In this document: positions 1 to 13,800 of the stretch, piece after piece
Numbering within the stretch: position 1 is the first letter of the stretch
Layout: the number at the start of each line of letters is the position of its first letter
Assembly (NCBI GenBank): GCA_951804945.1
Contig: OX638153.1
Location: 73,284,001 to 73,348,000 of the forward strand
Direction: 5' to 3'
DNA from: Podarcis cretensis
Taxonomy: Eukaryota
Length of the DNA: 64,000 nucleotides
The notes under the pieces: model-generated
The model's input: only the letters and a program-made list of their open reading frames with translations
The model's database searches: none
What the model was told of the DNA's origin: nothing
Program-made: the position numbers and the translations under genes

Positions 1-1728
1 GTTGCTGAAGTAACAAGGTACAAGAGGTTTGCAGTTCTAATGAGACTTCCTTGAAAGCAAGTTCCACTGAAAACTCTTTGAGGTTTCGTTTTATTTAAAT
101 ACATTCAGGATTGTGAGAATAGCCTTTCTTACTTGTTGGTTGTGTAAAACATAAGTAATAATTGTCCATTTCAAGCACAACAGACATAGCCTCCCTGTGA
201 GAATATAGGGTTATGTGTGAGGATATAATTACAATATATAACCTATATATAGTCATTTTTAAAGGTGCATTGAGTGTATTCATCAGAGCTATTTCTATAT
301 AATATATACGCACTGTATAGCAGGCTTGGCAGACAATTATATGGGGACACTACATGTGTATGGTTTGTTTGTTTTTGAGGCCCAAACGTTTTATTTCCAG
401 GTTATCAGTGCTGCATTTTCTTTTCTCTTTCCACAAGCTCTGTATTTTTCTAACATTTAATAAGGATTTTTTAAAATTGTATTTTATATATAATTGTTTT
501 GCTTTTAAACAGAGGATAGGCATGACTGCCTTTCAATCCCTTGATGGATTCCCTCTTAGTTCATCAGGTTCATTTCAAAATAATTATTTAAAATTTTGCT
601 TGAAACCAAAGTGCTTGTTGGCTTGTACCCAGATTGTGTCATGAACTGATTATTCAGAAGGACTTAAAATGCTATACCCGTAATGCTTCTCTTCCTGCTC
701 TTAGTAAGGCAGAGTTCAGACTAAATGGTAAAATCTTGATTAATGTAGTTAAACCTCAAAATTAAAGAACAGTCTGAAATGTGGAAAGGGAGACATGTTT
801 CTTTTTAAACAAAAACAAAAAAGGTCAATACTACAAGCTTTGAAGATTTTGCTTAGTACTTTTGCCTATTCATATGCGTAGTTTTCTGAAATCTTGTTGG
901 GATCAATAGCTCTCTCAGAATTGACCTTTGAAAAATAAAAGTTTAATCAATATCCTGTTGAAGTGAATTGCAAAATTCCCATTTATATAGATGGTGCTGA
1001 ATTGCACTTTCATTTGTCTTATAGGCAATGAGTGCTTTTGATGCAATTTTTTTGGTTAATCCTCAGCCTCTTGCTTTCAGGATAAGTGCTAAAATAAATT
1101 TTTGCTTATTGGAATATTTGGGATATAAGAAGCCTTCACCAGTGTTTTTGCTATCTTGCATGTTTATTTTGTAGTCCTATATTTGCATGTTTTTCACATA
1201 GCCCTGTATTTGCAAAAAAAAAAAAATCAATCAATCAAACTCGTATGTTTATGTCACTCTTGTTTTATATAGGCTTCTGTTTTTCAGAATGTTTTCAACA
1301 TACTCTCCTCCAGTCTCTGAGTAACTTGGATATATTTGAGGCTGTGATCTGCATTGTATGATTCTGGCATACAGTGAATCCAAATCTGTCTTTACTATCT
1401 GCTAAAGAGTGCTGTTGTGTCCTGTGTTTTTAATACAGACCTGCTTATTATCATGCCTCTGGTTTTTAGTATTCTTTGATCACAATGAATCAAAGCCATT
1501 ATCCTTGATATTTTGCCTCATATAAAGGGTTCCAAGAGTCAGTTCACAAGATACCCACTAACATTTCCTTGATGTGGTTTTTAATCTGTTGATGGGGAAG
1601 GAAGAAGAAAAAATAATGGGGGTCAGCTTTAATTTTTCAAAAAGGGTTGGTTGATGGATGATTTTTTTTTCCTATCTGAAACCTGACATTAGTGTTTCTC
1701 TCTTCATTTGCTACACTTGCACAAACAG

Positions 1729-1887
1729 TGTGACACCATCACCTCAACAGGTTCGTGTCTGTCCACCCCAAATGTTCTCTGAAGATGGATCTAATCTTTA
1801 CTCTGCTCGGGGCATATTGTCGCTTATCCAGTCTTCTACCCGTAGGGCTTACCAGCAAGTCTTGGATGTGCTGGATGAAAATCGCAG
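1729..1887 (+). CDS. MFF: MFF 159-nt cassette exon (phase 2-2)
   Basis: acaaacag|TGTGACA ... AATCGCAG|gtgatt; encodes VTPSPQQ...DENRR. Confidence 0.95.
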
Positions 1888-4800
1888 GTGATTGGCCATC
1901 ACTGATTCTGCCCAGTTTACTGCTTTTTACTTCCCTTTCATTTCCTAGTTAATTGGTTTTGATTTGCTTAAATTACATGAAATAAAATTAACTCTTTTTT
2001 TTTTTTGCTTTTGCTATTTGCGAATGACATTTCCAAACTTCACATTTCATGGAGCTTAGTTGTCTTATTTCTTTGGTCAAGAGTGAAACAACTGAACAGT
2101 GACTTAAAACGTCAGTCTCACTTTCATTGGAAATCCAAGAACAGAAGGGCAACAAGGTGCTACAAACATAGCTGCATACTCTAGACAAAGTTGATTGTTT
2201 AAATCCTCTTGCTTTCAGTGGGAGAGTTTTTGTTCTTTTTGAACGCAACTGAGAGTTTGAAATGTTTAATACACAAATCCCAAAATGGCCTTAATAAACT
2301 AAAAATTCAAGGTCCACTAATATTGAGAGGGATCTAGATGAAAATGCTATTATTGACATTCATCTCAGCTGAGTCCTATCTGCAATTGCTCTGATTATTG
2401 TGATAAGAAAAACCTACATTGAAAGGCAAGTCATATAGTAGCTCTGGACAGAAACTGGAAAAAAATCTGCTCTTAAGATCTGCTGCATGGAGGAGAGACT
2501 CTCTCAAAAAAATCCAGAGTCTTTGTTTGTTGTCAGTCCACCAGTTAATTGGAGGTGGGTGTGCAAATATTATTTTTATACAATTTAAGTCGTAAGACCT
2601 CCTTACATATGAGCCAGGTATTTATTCATTTTTTGTTTCCTTTTCACACCAAAAGAAGTGTTATTTTGTTATAAATAAAATTTTTAACCCAGTTGTGTCT
2701 GGACCCTCTCTTGTTTATGTAACTGTCTTATCAGACTATAGATCAGAAGTCTGCTCCTCTGTCACATTCTGCTAGTGGAAGATTTTTGTGTTGGCTTTTG
2801 AGAATCTTAGCCATACTAGAGAATATTACCCAAATAAAATTCTTTGTTTAGCAGCCATAGACCCTGTGATCCTCTTGGAGGTGCGGGGGGTGCTGAGGAC
2901 ACCTGTGCAAATGAAAGGTTCACCTCCTTTGACATAACTTTTTTTTACCATGTGAAGGGCCTAGGTTGGGGTTCAGATAACTGCAGAATCCTCAGTTTGC
3001 AGTTTCTTCCAAGGCCAGTTCAAAGGAGCTTTTAGTGGGGAAGCAAAGTCTTAAATCCCTTCCTCCTTCAAGTCTTTGTACTAATCTTGAAACCAAGGGT
3101 GGTTGGAGGAACCAAACCTAAACCTACTGCCTTAAAAGACTAATAATTGGGCTGTTCACTGTCAGGAGGAATTTTGTTTGTTTTTTATTTAATATTTGTG
3201 CCCTGCTTTTCTGCTTTAAAAATCTTGCAAGTGAAAAAACTTACACAAAGTAAAACAGTAATTTGGAATACACCAGAAAGATATGCATACATAGCTTTCC
3301 CAAATTTAAATAGAAAGTTTTAATATACTTATTTTCATTTTTATTGGGGGGGGGGGACAAAAGCTTTCACTTTTATCCCATCTGGGAGTTCTAAAATTTT
3401 TTAAACTATTTGAGCAGGTTTTTTCTTCATTTGGTATATTAATAGTAAGAACCGGAGTGTTATTGGAAACTCTCAATGCAGTTGTTGCCAATGTTCATTT
3501 TCAAAATCTAGGATAACATCCTCTTTTTCTTCAGTACTCAATACACCTTTTTGTCAGATGAAACTTTTCTAACCTGCATGTATGAATGTGAAATTTGGAA
3601 AATGCATCACTTGCATGGCTGCAAAATACTGTCTTTTTTAAAAAAACATTTCACACTATACTCTTTCTTTTATTGGCCTTGGTAGCATATTCTCACTGCT
3701 TAAAAGGTATGTTTTCTTTAAGTGTAAGTACAATACTTATTTCAGTGATTGAGTTTTGGCTTTGTTCTTCTTCCTAAAGCTTCTGGTTTTAGTTCTGTTT
3801 TGGTTTTCTCTTTCAAAATATTTTTCTGGTTCCTCTTCCTACCAATTTTGCATAACTATACCATGTTATACTATAATGAATTGAAATGTTGAGAATTTAT
3901 CATTGCTAATAATACTATGGTAAAGTAACTCTTCTCTGTTCTTCAATTCCCTGCCCCATCCCACTCCCTCATTCCCAATATGGGAATGCCTTGGTAAATA
4001 CCAACACTTTAGAGTTAACTTGGTATGGTTCATACTATCCCATGTGAGCAAGGTGCTGTGCATGAAAAACATTTTATAACCTGGATACTTAAGTTACAAA
4101 CAAGTATGTTATCATAGGGACATCAGTAAATATGCCCAAGAGTTAGTGAAAAAGTACTCACTGGACTGAACTATTCCTATTCATGTTGCCTATTATTTCT
4201 CTACCTTAGCTTGGATAATGAAAAGGGGTCAGATTATCTCTCATTTTTAAGAATTCTCTATTTTAGTGGTTGAGAAATTACAAAAAAGTATACTACCTGA
4301 AGCTTATGGGTGTTTTATGTTTTACAGGCTGTAGCACAAGAGAGGACCCCTTTAATACATCTTAGGTTCTATGTATTGGTTTGGGTCCAGACTTAGTCAT
4401 TCTTAGTCATGATTAACGTAAGTTTCCTTGGTTTCAGTCCGTGCATGACTGAACCTGAATCCAACCCATTGCATATTTTGTAAAATCTGACTCCCATTTA
4501 ATACCTAAAGTGAGCATCATGGTGGTGGTTTCTTGGCTCAGTTGGTAAAGCATCTGCATACAGAAGGTTCCACGTTCAATATTCAGTATCTTCCAGCAGG
4601 ACTGGGAGAGACCCTTGTCTGAAGCCTGGGAGATCTACTGCCAGCCAGTGTAGTACTGCACTAGATTGACCAATGGTCTGAGTTGCATAAGGCAGTTTCC
4701 TATGTTCCTAGTTATCACGAGCACTTAAAATTAAATATTTATAGCCAATTTTTTTTGTTAAACCACTAAACTAAAGTGTGAAATCTGGAGTCTTACAAGC

Positions 4801-7800
4801 ATACTTCCACTGCAGCAATGAAATTCAGCTTCCGGTCCTCCTCCCTTCTGCTCTCCCCCACATGCCTCCCAAATGCTCTGGGTGATCTTCTAACCCTCTG
4901 GGGCAAATTGGGAGTCTGCTGGGGGGCACTTGAACACACATGGTTGGAGAGAACTCATTAAAATTTCATTTTGTAAGCAAAGAAGTCCAAACCTGATAGT
5001 TTGTTGCTGAATGTATATTTTCTAATATTAGAAATTGCTACATTAAGGCTGCAGTCCTTAATAAGCCCATGGAATACAATGGAACGTTTGAGTATGTTTG
5101 CAAAGAATTGTGATCACAGAAGGATATATATGGCATTTTAAAGGCAGGTATAGAAAAACTAAAACCAAGCAGAAGTAGCCATCTAGTAGACGGCTAGTGA
5201 TTATTTTCTTTCTATGCCTTATTTTCTTTAGGGAATAAATACTGAATTTTGAACATGAAACGTCAAGTCAGTTAAAGCATATATTAACCTGGGACAAATT
5301 GGAACAGCTGCATAGGGGCTTAAAGTCATATTTGAATGTGCTACTTGAAGCATTCCTATTTGCTATGAGGTTGTGGTCATTAGTTTGTTAATGCAGAACA
5401 ATATCATTCAGTCAATACGTCATTTCAAGATAAAATTTGGTCATAGCTTGGTTGTAGAGTGTAGCTTTCACATACCAAAGATTTCTGGTTCAGCTCCTAG
5501 CACATGGGTAAGGCAAACTAAGGCCCGGGGGCTGGATCCAGCCTAATCACCTTCTAAATCCGGCCCTTGGACGGTCCAGGAATCAGCGTGTTTTTACATG
5601 AGTAGAATGTGTCCTTTTATTTAAAATGCATCTCTGGGTTATTTGTGGGGCATAGGAATTTGTTCATTCCCCCCCCCCAAAAAAAAATATAGTCCAGCCT
5701 CCCACAAGGTCTGAGGGACAGTGGATCGGCCCCCTGCTGAAAAAGTTTGCTGACCCCTGTCCTAGCATCTCCAGTTAAACTTTTTTTGGTTGCTTTAATT
5801 ATGCTTCTTCTCATATATTAGCAGCCAGTCAATAACTATTGCTGACCAGTGCTTCTGGGGTGGGTTTAAAAAAAAAAATCTCTGTGAAGAGTACTATGTG
5901 AGAGATGATAGTATGATATGGAACTTTAGGGTGGAATTCAATGTTGCACACTTCCAGTCATTCTATTTGTGCAAGCATTGCAGCTTGCCAGATAGCATGA
6001 CCCCACTTTCCTCTCCCTGAGTACTGTTCTGGGGGCTCTCCTGACCTCCCCAGAGCTAATTTCAGGGGGAGGGGGGAAAGCCCCATTGTCCAAGTGAAAG
6101 TCCTTTCACTGAAACCTATCCCCAGTCTCTTGATTTCTAAACCATTATGGCCATTTACACATGCATAGTAATGATTAGAGGTTGCAGTTGGCAAGCAAAT
6201 GGTCATGCATATTTAGAATCTCCCTAAGTCTATAAAATATTAAACCTGGTAATGGACTGTCATCTATTTTTCCACCTATGTTGAGTATAATCCACTACAA
6301 CTTACCCATGTTCTGATGTCATTACCTTGTGTTTCTCTGTACTCCACCTTTCTTTTCCACATCTGGCTGTGGCTGGTAGACACTTGGTAACACTCAGTAT
6401 AGGGAATTGAGACACAGGGTGGACTGTGCCTCCCTCATGTTATGCAGAGAGTTTGAGAGAAGCTCTTAACTGGCCACAATTTCTTACAATGTGCAGTTCC
6501 AACTTAAGAAGAACGAACTCTGGTCTCGTTCATATAGCAGCACACTGTTGATATATGATGTATACAGTTATTGTATTTGGTTTTTACTGGAAGTGCAAAA
6601 CCTTTAGTTGATCAGTAGCTGTGGTCTAAAAAAAGTCAGGTACGTAACAGGATTCTTCTGTTTTAACAGCAATTTGTACCCCTGGTCTTGTCATTTCCAA
6701 CAGAACATGGGTATTTATGGCTTCTTGAGTGCCAATTTAAAAAGTATTCAAGTGAGTTGTGAACAGGATTTTTTGTTTATTCTCTCATTGTGGGAACATT
6801 TTTTTCATCCCTCGTGATTGTAGAGAAATAGAGATGACAAGTTTCTTTGGGAAAACATAGACGGTACAGGGGAATTAAGTAGAAATTGTGGTGATTGCAG
6901 AAATAACCTTTTCCATGGGTCAGCTCTCAACTCAGGGCAGTAAGTTACTGTACCCTTGTTGTTACAGTTGTTTTCCTTCCTCCTACATTTTTTCTGAGTT
7001 CCAGTCATTTTGTCTATACAAATTATAGAAACACTCCGTCTCTGACACAAAGCAAAATTATACAACTCTATAAACATAAACTGTGTGAACAACACACATA
7101 AAAATAAACTGCAGCCATTCTGCCCCCAGAGTATATTTTTAAAAATGTGAGTCCCATTGAACAAAATGTGACTTATTTTAAGACTACTGTACATATTCAG
7201 CAGATCAGGCTGTAAGTATCTAAAACCAAGGACTGTTAGTTATTGCGCAAAATAATGTTTCTCTATGAGCTGGAAAGTAAATGTACATGCTGTTAAGTTA
7301 ATAGTTGTAGATTATCACAATTTGAAACAACACACTGCGGAACTCAGATTGTTTGAGGCCATAGAATAGGAATGCAAGATAACCTATATGGACTCAGTGG
7401 ATTATCCTGTTGAGAAACTAGTCCCTAAGTAGTAGGAAGTGCACAAAAATAAATATGGTGCATGATTATAATTTATTGTGCAGATTCTTCCTCATTGATA
7501 TCTTTCTTTTAGGAAAACAGTTTTTTAACTCAAAATAGTCTTAATCCAGTTTTCAGGGGAAATGTGTAGGCTTTAAAACTGTTAAGAACAGAGCAGGGAG
7601 AAAAGAGGAAGTGGCAGTTTTGTTGCTTGAATAGATGTTCATCACACAACTTTAGGTATCGCCCAATAGTCTTACATAATATAGCATTTTTTTTATTAAA
7701 AAAAGTTATTAAATTGGGAAAAATAATTTTAGACCCTAGCAACTGTGAAATAAACAGCCACAGTGTTCTATTATGATTTATGGTTGCTTTAGGCCCCTTT

Positions 7801-10800
7801 TGACAAATCTTTATTTGTGGTTATGCACACTGAATTGTTGCATGGAAAACTTCAGTTTAACTTCTAACATGATTGTACCTTGACCATACTTTAGATGGGT
7901 GAAAATGATCTATATAGTTTAAAAACTATATAATCACGTAAAATACCTGCATGGGCTACTTGTATGCTACTGCATCACCTTCAGGGTTCTTAAAGCCCTG
8001 AACAGCTTCAGTCAAGAATACTGTAAGGACAGCATGAGCTCTTATATTCCAGCTCTGTTACTGAGATCACGTGGAGAAGCATTGCATCCCATGTTCAGAA
8101 GCCTTGTGAGCAGTGGCATGCTGTGGAATACTCTTCCAGCAGTGATTTGGTAGTGTCCTTGCTGCTAATTTCCAGGTGTCTCTTGAAGGACTTTATATAT
8201 CTACAGGCCTTGTCAGTTGTTTAAACTTTCCAAAGTGAGCCAGTCATTTTTATGATGATTTTACATGGTATTTTATGTTTTTGTGTATTTTGTTGTACAC
8301 CACCTAATTATTTTATATGAGAGAATAGTAGATCAGTATTTTAATAAACAAATAATGTGTAAGCGTTCCAACATTTCTTCACAGATTTTGTATCTGGAAA
8401 AGCAACAAGCAAATAGTTAAGTTCCCTTCGCACATTGATAATAGTATTTATAAAACAGAATATATTGAAAACATAACCAGGGTTTATATTTGTAGTATTT
8501 CAGTATAACAGAAGAAAAATATTTAACAATTTTTGTCTCTGGTTTTTTATTCTGCTTCTTTTCTCTGTCTTTCCTGTTTTCTTCTTCTGTCTTGTGTCTC
8601 CTATCTACAAAACTTGCCCTAGGCCAGTGTTACGTGGTGGGTCTGCTGCTGCCACTTCCTCTAATCCTCATCATGACGCCAGGTAAATTTGCACTTAGTT
8701 AGCCATTCTAGTCTATATTCAGCTTTCTCAAAACCTGAGACTAGCTTGCTCCTGAACTTTACTTGAAAGTAAACCCTTCTGAGTTCAGCAGAGCTTGCTT
8801 CCTGCTATTAATTGATATATAATCATTTTTATCAAACAGGCTGTGATTATGTGTACTAATCTAACTGCTGGTTTCTATATTAACTTTAAAACCCTTTCAC
8901 TGACATTCTTTTTCATTGTACTATGCCTGCCGATTCTATGCCTGCTGAATCTTAGAATAAAAGTATTTGATGCATTTCCCATTGATTTTAGCATTCAATA
9001 TAAGACCCGAGTTCAGGTTGGAAATCTGTTTCAAAATAACTAAAAATCTGGTGAACACTCTAACAAATTTTGCAGTACATAACTCATCACAGAATTAAAG
9101 AGATAGAAAGGGTAAGATTCACCATCTGTCAACAGAAGGATGGAGCAAGCTTGTTTTCTCCTGCACCGGAAACTAGGAGCCAAACCAATGGCTTCAAGTT
9201 ACAAGAAGGGAGATTCCAGCTAAATATCGTAGAAATTTCTAACAGTAAGAGCTGTTCAACAGTGGAACAGACTCCCATGAGAGGTGGCGGACTCTCCTTT
9301 ATTGGAGATTTTTAAGCAGAAGTTGGATGGATCCAGTTGAGGTTCTTGCATTGTAGGGGGTTGGACTAGATGGCCCTTGGGATCCCTTCCAGCTCTGCAA
9401 TTCTATGATTCTATAAGCCCTGAACAAAGACTTCTGCTTGAGCAATGGTTCTTCCCCCCCCCCTTAATTGGCTCTGAGTGGATCAGGAGAACCCATGGAA
9501 CAACAAATGGGGGGAGGACAAGGGGAGGAATTCATTCTGACTGGCAAGCTGAAATGCTTGCACAGACGGAATGATTGGAAGAGCATCATGTTGAATTCCA
9601 CCCCAAGTAGTTTTTCAAATACAAATTTAAAGTTAAATCAAAAAGTTGTTAAATAATGCCAATGGTTGTGCAGAATGCTTTCCTTCTCCCTCCTTTCCTA
9701 TGTTCCTTTTACTAAGTCTACTTGGATCTCATTGTATACAACTAAAATATTATTCTCTTTATGCATTTAAAAAGTTTTGTTTTCTCCCTCTCCAGTCCCT
9801 GATGTGGACATAGGACTGTAAAACTGTTTAACTTGTTTCACTATTGACAGAAATAGGAAAACATATTTTTTTTTTGCTATTCAACCTTAGAAAATTGATT
9901 TGGACTTTGAAGAAACAGGTTTGGCAATATTTGGTTTTTAAAATATGCCCAATATGGTTTACAGAAGGAGAATGGAGCGCATTTAATATAAAAGTTTCCT
10001 GCTGGTTTACAGAAAGGAAATAATTTACAATCTTATTGTGTAAAGGATTATGCAGGGCTCCCCTGTGCATTTAGAGAACTGTATGTCTGAGGGTAATGAA
10101 ACCTATAGCATATGAATCTAGTGCCCAAATATAACTTGCAGTTTTTAAGCTTTTTCATATAGGAGTTCAGTGGAGAAAGAAAAAGAGAGAATAAAAGCTT
10201 GTGGTACCTAGGGCAGAACTAGTACTTTGCAAGAATAACCCCTGGAGGCAGGGGAACCTTTGTAAAGTAAAAAGGAGTTGGTTCATTTATCTTTCCTCAT
10301 ATCCCTTTCCAGACCATCAGTGTGCCACAAACTGTTAGCATAAGTAGGTATAATATTTTTTAATGGATATTGTAAAGGTTTTGAGTAACTTTTGTCTGCA
10401 GAACATCACAAGTCCTTCTGTAATTAAGGCTGCAGTCCTGTTTCCACTTTCCTGGAACTTTGTCCCATTGAACTCAGTTGGACCTAGATGTTTATAGGAT
10501 TGCACTGTAAGGCATTCTTTGCACAGACTATAAACTGATAGGCATTCAGAGATGGTCTTTGTATGCATCTTTCTTAAGCCACAAGACTTAAAATAAAAAA
10601 AATGGTGCTTGTGGGTTGCTGTAAAACTTGTTCAGTACTACAGAACCAAGTCCCAAATTTGAAATTATGTACTATAAAATTAAAATCCCCAAAATGCAAT
10701 TGCTATGGAAAACAAGTGCTAGTACAATTATAACTATATATTTGGATTTCTCTTTTGTTCTGGTTAGTGTTAGATCAAAGGCTATTTATTTACTGTGCCT

Positions 10801-13800
10801 TTTCAGCTGTGAGAGCTAGAAATCTAGGTCAAGATTGAATGTTGCAAAACTGGGCATCCACTAGTGCAACAAGGCTTCTTTTTCCTTTCTTCCTCAGTAA
10901 CCCCTTAGGTGACCCCAAAATCTGATCCAGAAGGTTGAGAGACCCCCCTGGAGCAGATTTTGAGGGTACAGTATATGGGGGACTAGAGGGGAGGAGAGAA
11001 ACTGAAAGTCCTGTTGTACCTCGCACTTGTTGGCCTGCCCCTGGCTCCTGATCTAGTTCTTCCAACTCCGCCGGCAACTGCCTCAGAGATACTGCTGGCA
11101 CCGGGGAAGGCTCCTTCTCACTGGTGCCATGGAACCCCACAACTCACTGGACTATTTCCCCAAATCCTCCTCCTCACTCTCCCATTCCTCTGCCTGCACA
11201 TCCCCTCCCCCCCGACCCCTTCATCCTCCAACTCCTGCCAGTCTCTTGATATGAAGCAGTCTTTCAGATATTTGGGGTGTTTTGGGCTTTTAACACGAGC
11301 ACCTTGAATTGCTCCTAGAAACAAACTGGCATTCAACGCAGCTGTACTAAAATAGAGGTTGTGTGAGATCTAAATGGAACCCCAGCCAGTAATCTGACCA
11401 CTGCGTTTTGGAGACATTTAAGTTTTTGAGTCATCTTCAAGGGCTGCTCCACATAGATTGCATTGCAGCAATCCAATCTGCAAATAACCAGAGCATGGAG
11501 TACTGTTCAGAAGGGGCCGTAGTTGGTGGGCCAGCCAGAGGTGGGAAAAGGCACTCCTAGCCACCTGAGCTTCTAGTAGCAGTGTTGAATCCAAGCGGAC
11601 CCCCAAGCTGTGGACCTGCTCCTTCCAAGGGAGTGCAGCCCCATCCAGAACAGGCTGTCTTGCCACTTACTGGACATGAGAACACGGGACACATAATTCC
11701 TCTGTCATTTTAGGCTTCAGCTTCAATTTATTTGGGAAATTTGGGAAACTTGATTGAAACTCCTGAAATTTATCAGGAATCCCAGGGCCGGTGATGTACT
11801 CGACATTATGAAAAGCACTTTATACATAAAAACTGACAATATTTGATCATAGCTCCGTCAGTACAGCATGAGACTCTTAATCTCAGGGGCATGGGTCTGA
11901 GCCCCACATTGATCAAAAGATTCTTGCTTTGCAGGGGGTTGGAATAGATGATCCTTCTGGTCCCTTCCAAATATAGTTCTACATTTAGATGGAAATGGCT
12001 AGAGAGAATTCAGCCAAGGTTATGTTTCTTTAAACAGAAAATCTATGTATGTAGGAAAATAATCAAGAAAGCACTTAAAAATGGTTGGTTCCCCCCCCCC
12101 TTTCATCTAAAGAACAGTTAATTGTATATTTTGAATGGAATCCAAATACGCCCAGATGTATACTATGGTCAATCCTATATGCACCTGAGAGGATCTACTT
12201 ATTTCCTTTCCCATTTGTAGCCCCTCAACCTGCATTGCATACAGCTATGGAAAGGCCTCTGAATTTCAGCAGTTGCTTTTCAGAGGGCACAGGGATAATG
12301 GAGAAATTGAAATGACCCCATGTGTGCACAAAAGACCAGCCCGTGTGCAGTTAAATGTGTGCCATTTGAGGCATATTTTTGGTTGTTTTTTATCTCATAG
12401 ATATACCCTTTCAAATATGGATACAACATTTGAGGGAACACCAGAAGATGTCACTGTTGTGGATGCTGTTTCTTTAAGACGACAGGTAATTAAAATGCTT
12501 CAACTGTTACAGTGGAAGTTTGTATGCCTCTTTCCAGCCTAGTCAATGCAGAATGTAATAAGATAAAGGGGGACAAAATTAAATTTGGAAGTCTGAATAC
12601 CACAACTTTTTCTGTGGCATGATGATACAATTTCTTTTCTTTGAATGTTAATATGTCTATGAATAAAACTTTGTGCATTCTCAACTCAGAAACATACTAA
12701 TAATATATAGGAACTAAATAGTGCATACATGATTGATGGGAGAGGAATTGAGAAAGAAGAACCTACTTGGATGGAAAATATCCAGGGGTGAGGTGTGGCT
12801 GCAGTCAATGTGTTTAAGGTTTAGTTTAATGGTAAATAAACAAACAAACCATGCAGAATGGAATCTGTTCGGTTTTGTATGTTCTGTATCTTATTTTTCT
12901 GTTAGGTTTCTATTCTCTTTTACTGGTTTTAAGCAGCTGAATTGATTTGCTTGCTTTATATACTTGTTTTGGTTGTATTGTGATTTATTTATACTATATT
13001 GATACATGGGCCTATTTGCATATCATAGTAAGTCATAAACCACGGCTGAGTGTGAATGAGTAAGGTGCTAGCGCATGCTGCTTAGATGCTCCTGTTTTGT
13101 TCTGTCCTAGCTGGATACCTATCAAAGTTGGCACACAGACTCTCCACCTCTAAAATGAGAGAACCAGCCCACACATTTTTTTGCATTTAAAAAGGACGAG
13201 ATGTTGTTTCGGAATATCTTTGTAAAGTTCAGCTCTTGTACCCGAAATGTCCAGTGACTTTTCGTAGTGTAGGCCTAGTATTTTATCTCTTTCCTCCTTC
13301 GATCTCAGAATTATCAAACAATCTCTGGGCTTGTCTTTCCTTGCCAACCTTCCAAGTCTGAAAGCCGACACAATTTCAAAATCCTTTTCCTCCTCTAAAG
13401 GCCAGAATTTAGAAAATTCTTTAGTCAGGAACTCAATTAAATTTCCTTGTTCAAGTTCTGGTATTGACCTCAATCTTAAATTATTTTCCCGGTTCCGCAG
13501 TTCTATCATAGACAAATACATCTGTTGCTCGCCAACTTGTTTGTGCAGTGGTTTCACCTCTTGTTCTAGATTTTCAACTTTTTGGCTAGTTGCCTCAGCC
13601 AATTTGCGATTTTCTGCAGTGGCTTCAGATAGCTGTCCAATTGATTGTACGTTCAGAGCCACTTGTTCAGTTATTCTGTTTAAGCAGGCTGCATTTTGGT
13701 CAATCTTGGCCGTTTGTTCATCCACTTTCTTGTCCAGAGATTCAAATTTTTCAAAGATTTTCTCTAGAATTGAACCAGATGCTCCTGCAGCCATATCTTC

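Noticed and set aside
1273-1320. Possible 48/33-nt phase 2-2 MFF exon (ag at 1272 or 1287, TGA|gtaact donor)
   Set aside because: Frame-compatible but AT-rich and intron-like, with a mediocre donor and no resemblance to known MFF sequence; likely chance.
11849-11925. tRNA-Lys(CTT)-like sequence as a functional tRNA gene
   Set aside because: Stems and B-box are degenerate and it is fused to a CR1-like tail, so it is a SINE head.
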